Source: Desulfobacterales bacterium
Lineage (GTDB): Bacteria > Desulfobacterota > Desulfobacteria > Desulfobacterales > JAIPEE01
Direction: 5' to 3'
DNA: 64,000 nucleotides
Assembly (NCBI GenBank): GCA_021737275.1
Contig: JAIPEE010000002.1
Location: forward strand, 115,525 to 179,524
The stretch's first letter is position 1. Every line of letters starts with the position of its first letter. The position numbers were made by a program, and so were the translations under genes. Of the stretch, positions 61,812 to 64,000 are shown piece by piece. The notes below the pieces were generated by a model that was given only the letters and a program-made list of their open reading frames with translations, was not told the origin of the DNA and did no database searches.

Positions 61812-63074
61812 TCAGGACTTCATCAGTTTATGATAAAAGGTGCTGTATGATATTGGTGAACGGGCAAGTTGTTTGCGCTGGCTTGCAGGTACCTTTATCT
61901 TTTTATTGACCATGTTGCGAACAATGCCGATATCAGAAACAGCTTCAAGAAATACAGCACCAACTATTTCATCGTTATTATTAAATACAAGTTTTCTGTA
62001 AACGCCACTTCCAGGTTCAGTGTGGGTGGTTTCAAAATAGTTTTCAGAATCAATTTTGGTAATTCCAACCGAAGCTATGGCTTTGTCCAGAAAACTGCAG
62101 ATATTGCCGTTGAGACCTTTAAAGCTGATATTACTGCCGGTCATATTTGCACCGGCTGTTTTTCCCTGTTGACAGGCATTGGGCCATGTAGCAATAATTT
62201 GCTGTTTCCCGGTGGCAAGATTATCACCCTCAGCAACATCTCCGGCAGCAAAAACATTTGAGATATTTGTCTGCATGGCGTCATTAACCGGAATTCCATA
62301 ATTGGTATTAATACCGCTATCTTTCGTCAGTTGAATATTAGGTGAAACACCTTTGCCGGCAATAATGGTATCTGTCATAATCTCCTCTCCATTATTAAGG
62401 GCAAGTAATAACCTGTTTTGTTTTTCACTAATTTTGGTAACACTATTATTGTATAAAACTGTAAAGCCGCTTTCTTGTATGAACTTTGAAATAATTGCAC
62501 TGCAATCCTGATCAATATTTTGAGACATAACCTGGGATGAGCCGATTACTACCGTTATGTTTTTACCTGAACGGGCAAGGGCATTGGCTGCCTGCAATCC
62601 GATAAGGCCGCCGCCAAGTATGGCAACATCTTTTTTAGATGCAGAGTGGGAAAGAATGTTGTCTGCATCCGCCAGTGTTTTTAAGGTGAAAATCCCAGGC
62701 AGGGTTTCATCAGAAATATTTAGTTTTTTTGGAGATGAACCGGTTGCAATCAGTAATTTGTCATACCTGACGCTGGTGCCGTCTTCCAGATTAACCATCC
62801 GGTTTTCCGTATCAAGTTTTTCGGCACGCTTCCCCTGAAGCAACTTAATATTATTTTTCCTGTAAAATGCGGTGTCGGTCAGGAACAGATCATTTCGGCC
62901 AATTTTTCCTGAAATATAATAGGTCAGCAGTACCGGTGAATATGCCAGGTTGTCTTCCGCAGCAATGATGGTTATGTCACCGGAAGCATCATTGCTGCGG
63001 ATTGCCTGGGCGGCCGTGAGGGAGGCGGCGCTATGGCCAATTATGACGTAGCTGTTTTGTGTGGGGTTTATCAT
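61812..63074 (-). CDS. FAD/NAD(P)-dependent oxidoreductase (NirB/rubredoxin-reductase-like)
   Basis: IIGHSAA, YSP, LLIATGS, GGGLIG, VFAAGDVAE. Confidence 0.9.
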   Translation of the reverse strand: MINPTQNSYVIIGHSAASLTAAQAIRSNDASGDITIIAAEDNLAYSPVLLTYYISGKIGRNDLFLTDTAFYRKNNIKLLQGKRAEKLDTENRMVNLEDGTSVRYDKLLIATGSSPKKLNISDETLPGIFTLKTLADADNILSHSASKKDVAILGGGLIGLQAANALARSGKNITVVIGSSQVMSQNIDQDCSAIISKFIQESGFTVLYNNSVTKISEKQNRLLLALNNGEEIMTDTIIAGKGVSPNIQLTKDSGINTNYGIPVNDAMQTNISNVFAAGDVAEGDNLATGKQQIIATWPNACQQGKTAGANMTGSNISFKGLNGNICSFLDKAIASVGITKIDSENYFETTHTEPGSGVYRKLVFNNNDEIVGAVFLEAVSDIGIVRNMVNKKIKVPASQRKQLARSPISYSTFYHKLMKS

Positions 63075-63173
63075 TTAGGGTTTTTACCTTAGTATTTAAA
63101 AAATTTTAGATGGCGAAGGCGTTCAACTTTTATGAACATCAAAAGGAGTTCAGTATGATTTACACAGAATTTT

Positions 63174-63204
63174 ATTAGCAGCCACCTCAACGAGGCGGCT
63201 GCTA
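63174..63204 (-). terminator. Hairpin between the permease and the FAD oxidoreductase gene
   Basis: Minus strand ttagcagccgcctc-gtt-gaggtggctgctaa. Confidence 0.6.
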
Positions 63205-63229
63205 ACTCAGTTCCAACTACTTTTTCTAT

Positions 63230-64000
63230 TTAGTTATTATTATAGTCACCAATTTTAGACTTAACTATAAAAAGTTTGGTTAAAACATAATAAATGACTG
63301 CACTTACCACCAGCGCCGGTACGGATGCGCTGATATATTTAAATAAGGCGCTTGATGTATACAAATAAGGGTGAAGAAGACTTTTGTAGGTGAAGAAACC
63401 TGCAATAACGGCTATAAATGCAACAGGATTTATGCCACCCCAGAAGTAGTAAGCTGAACCGGATTTTGATTCATAAAGACCCCTGGTGTTAAGTTTCTGT
63501 TTCCTCAAGTAGAAGTAATCCACAATCTGGATACCGCAGACCGGTGCAAATACTACGCCCAGGAATGCAAAGAACCTGCCTGAGTTTTCACCAGACAAAA
63601 AAGTTGGAAAAAATACAGCAATTATGGCAACTGGAGCCAGCACAATAAGCGTAATCCAGTTCCAGGTAATACTTTTTTTCTGTAATACAGGAATCTGTTT
63701 CAGGCCGATGGCAGCAACATAAGCGCCGACAACAGCGGTGCCGATATTTGCCAGGGCAAGAAAGAGAAGTGTTATGATACCATATTTGATACCACCGATC
63801 TGCATCAGCCATGCAGTAGGATCAGATTCACCGGTTGCCAGTGACGCATAAAGGCCAATCAGGCTGATTATGCCGGTTGGCAGACCCATACAGAGCATTG
63901 CCGGCCATACAGCTTGCCGTGCGCTGGGTACCATACGGACAATACCGCCCATATAGGGCCACCAGGATAATACGGAAGCTACCAGAATTTCAAAGCCGAT
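63230..64000 (-). CDS. NCS1 (purine/cytosine/allantoin) family permease, 3' part
   Basis: Frame is open to the window edge (IGFEILVASVLSWWPYMGG); FLGVVFAPVCGIQIVDYF..RK..L...LY and Y.FWGGIN..A patterns. Confidence 0.85.
   Translation of the reverse strand: MGFEILVASVLSWWPYMGGIVRMVPSARQAVWPAMLCMGLPTGIISLIGLYASLATGESDPTAWLMQIGGIKYGIITLLFLALANIGTAVVGAYVAAIGLKQIPVLQKKSITWNWITLIVLAPVAIIAVFFPTFLSGENSGRFFAFLGVVFAPVCGIQIVDYFYLRKQKLNTRGLYESKSGSAYYFWGGINPVAFIAVIAGFFTYKSLLHPYLYTSSALFKYISASVPALVVSAVIYYVLTKLFIVKSKIGDYNNN

Noticed and set aside
63110-63178. Plus-strand 22-aa ORF in the permease-oxidoreductase gap
   Set aside because: Too short, antisense to the cluster, no support

Overview
Chromosomal window of an anaerobic Desulfobacterota-like bacterium. 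This taxonomy is inferred from the cobA-hemD fusion, split purH, DVU0524-like/flgM pair, selA and tungsten AOR cluster. Housekeeping blocks: dcw cluster (mraZ to partial ftsW), purH halves, moaA, hemC/cobA-hemD, selA, rfbB, pyrF, lysC-tsaE-nnr-pdxJ-ybeY-7TM/HD-phoH, cvpA-mazG-hisHF, fba. Accessory or poorly understood modules lie between them: (1) a PilB/GspE ATPase with eight tandem MshEN-type repeats plus an FlhG/MinD-like protein with a degenerate P-loop, divergent from mraZ; (2) gpgS coupled to an M20 protein lacking catalytic residues; (3) cheD-HDOD, selA and degenerate GGDEF-TPR in one apparent operon; (4) perR-katG with Fur-type boxes; (5) three secreted proteins of unknown function, two sharing a domain; (6) a GNAT-deacetylase fusion; (7) anSME-sulfatase; (8) an AOR cluster behind an NCS1 permease. 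I saw no tRNA, rRNA, CRISPR array or transposase. All calls come from motif recognition by eye; no searches were run.
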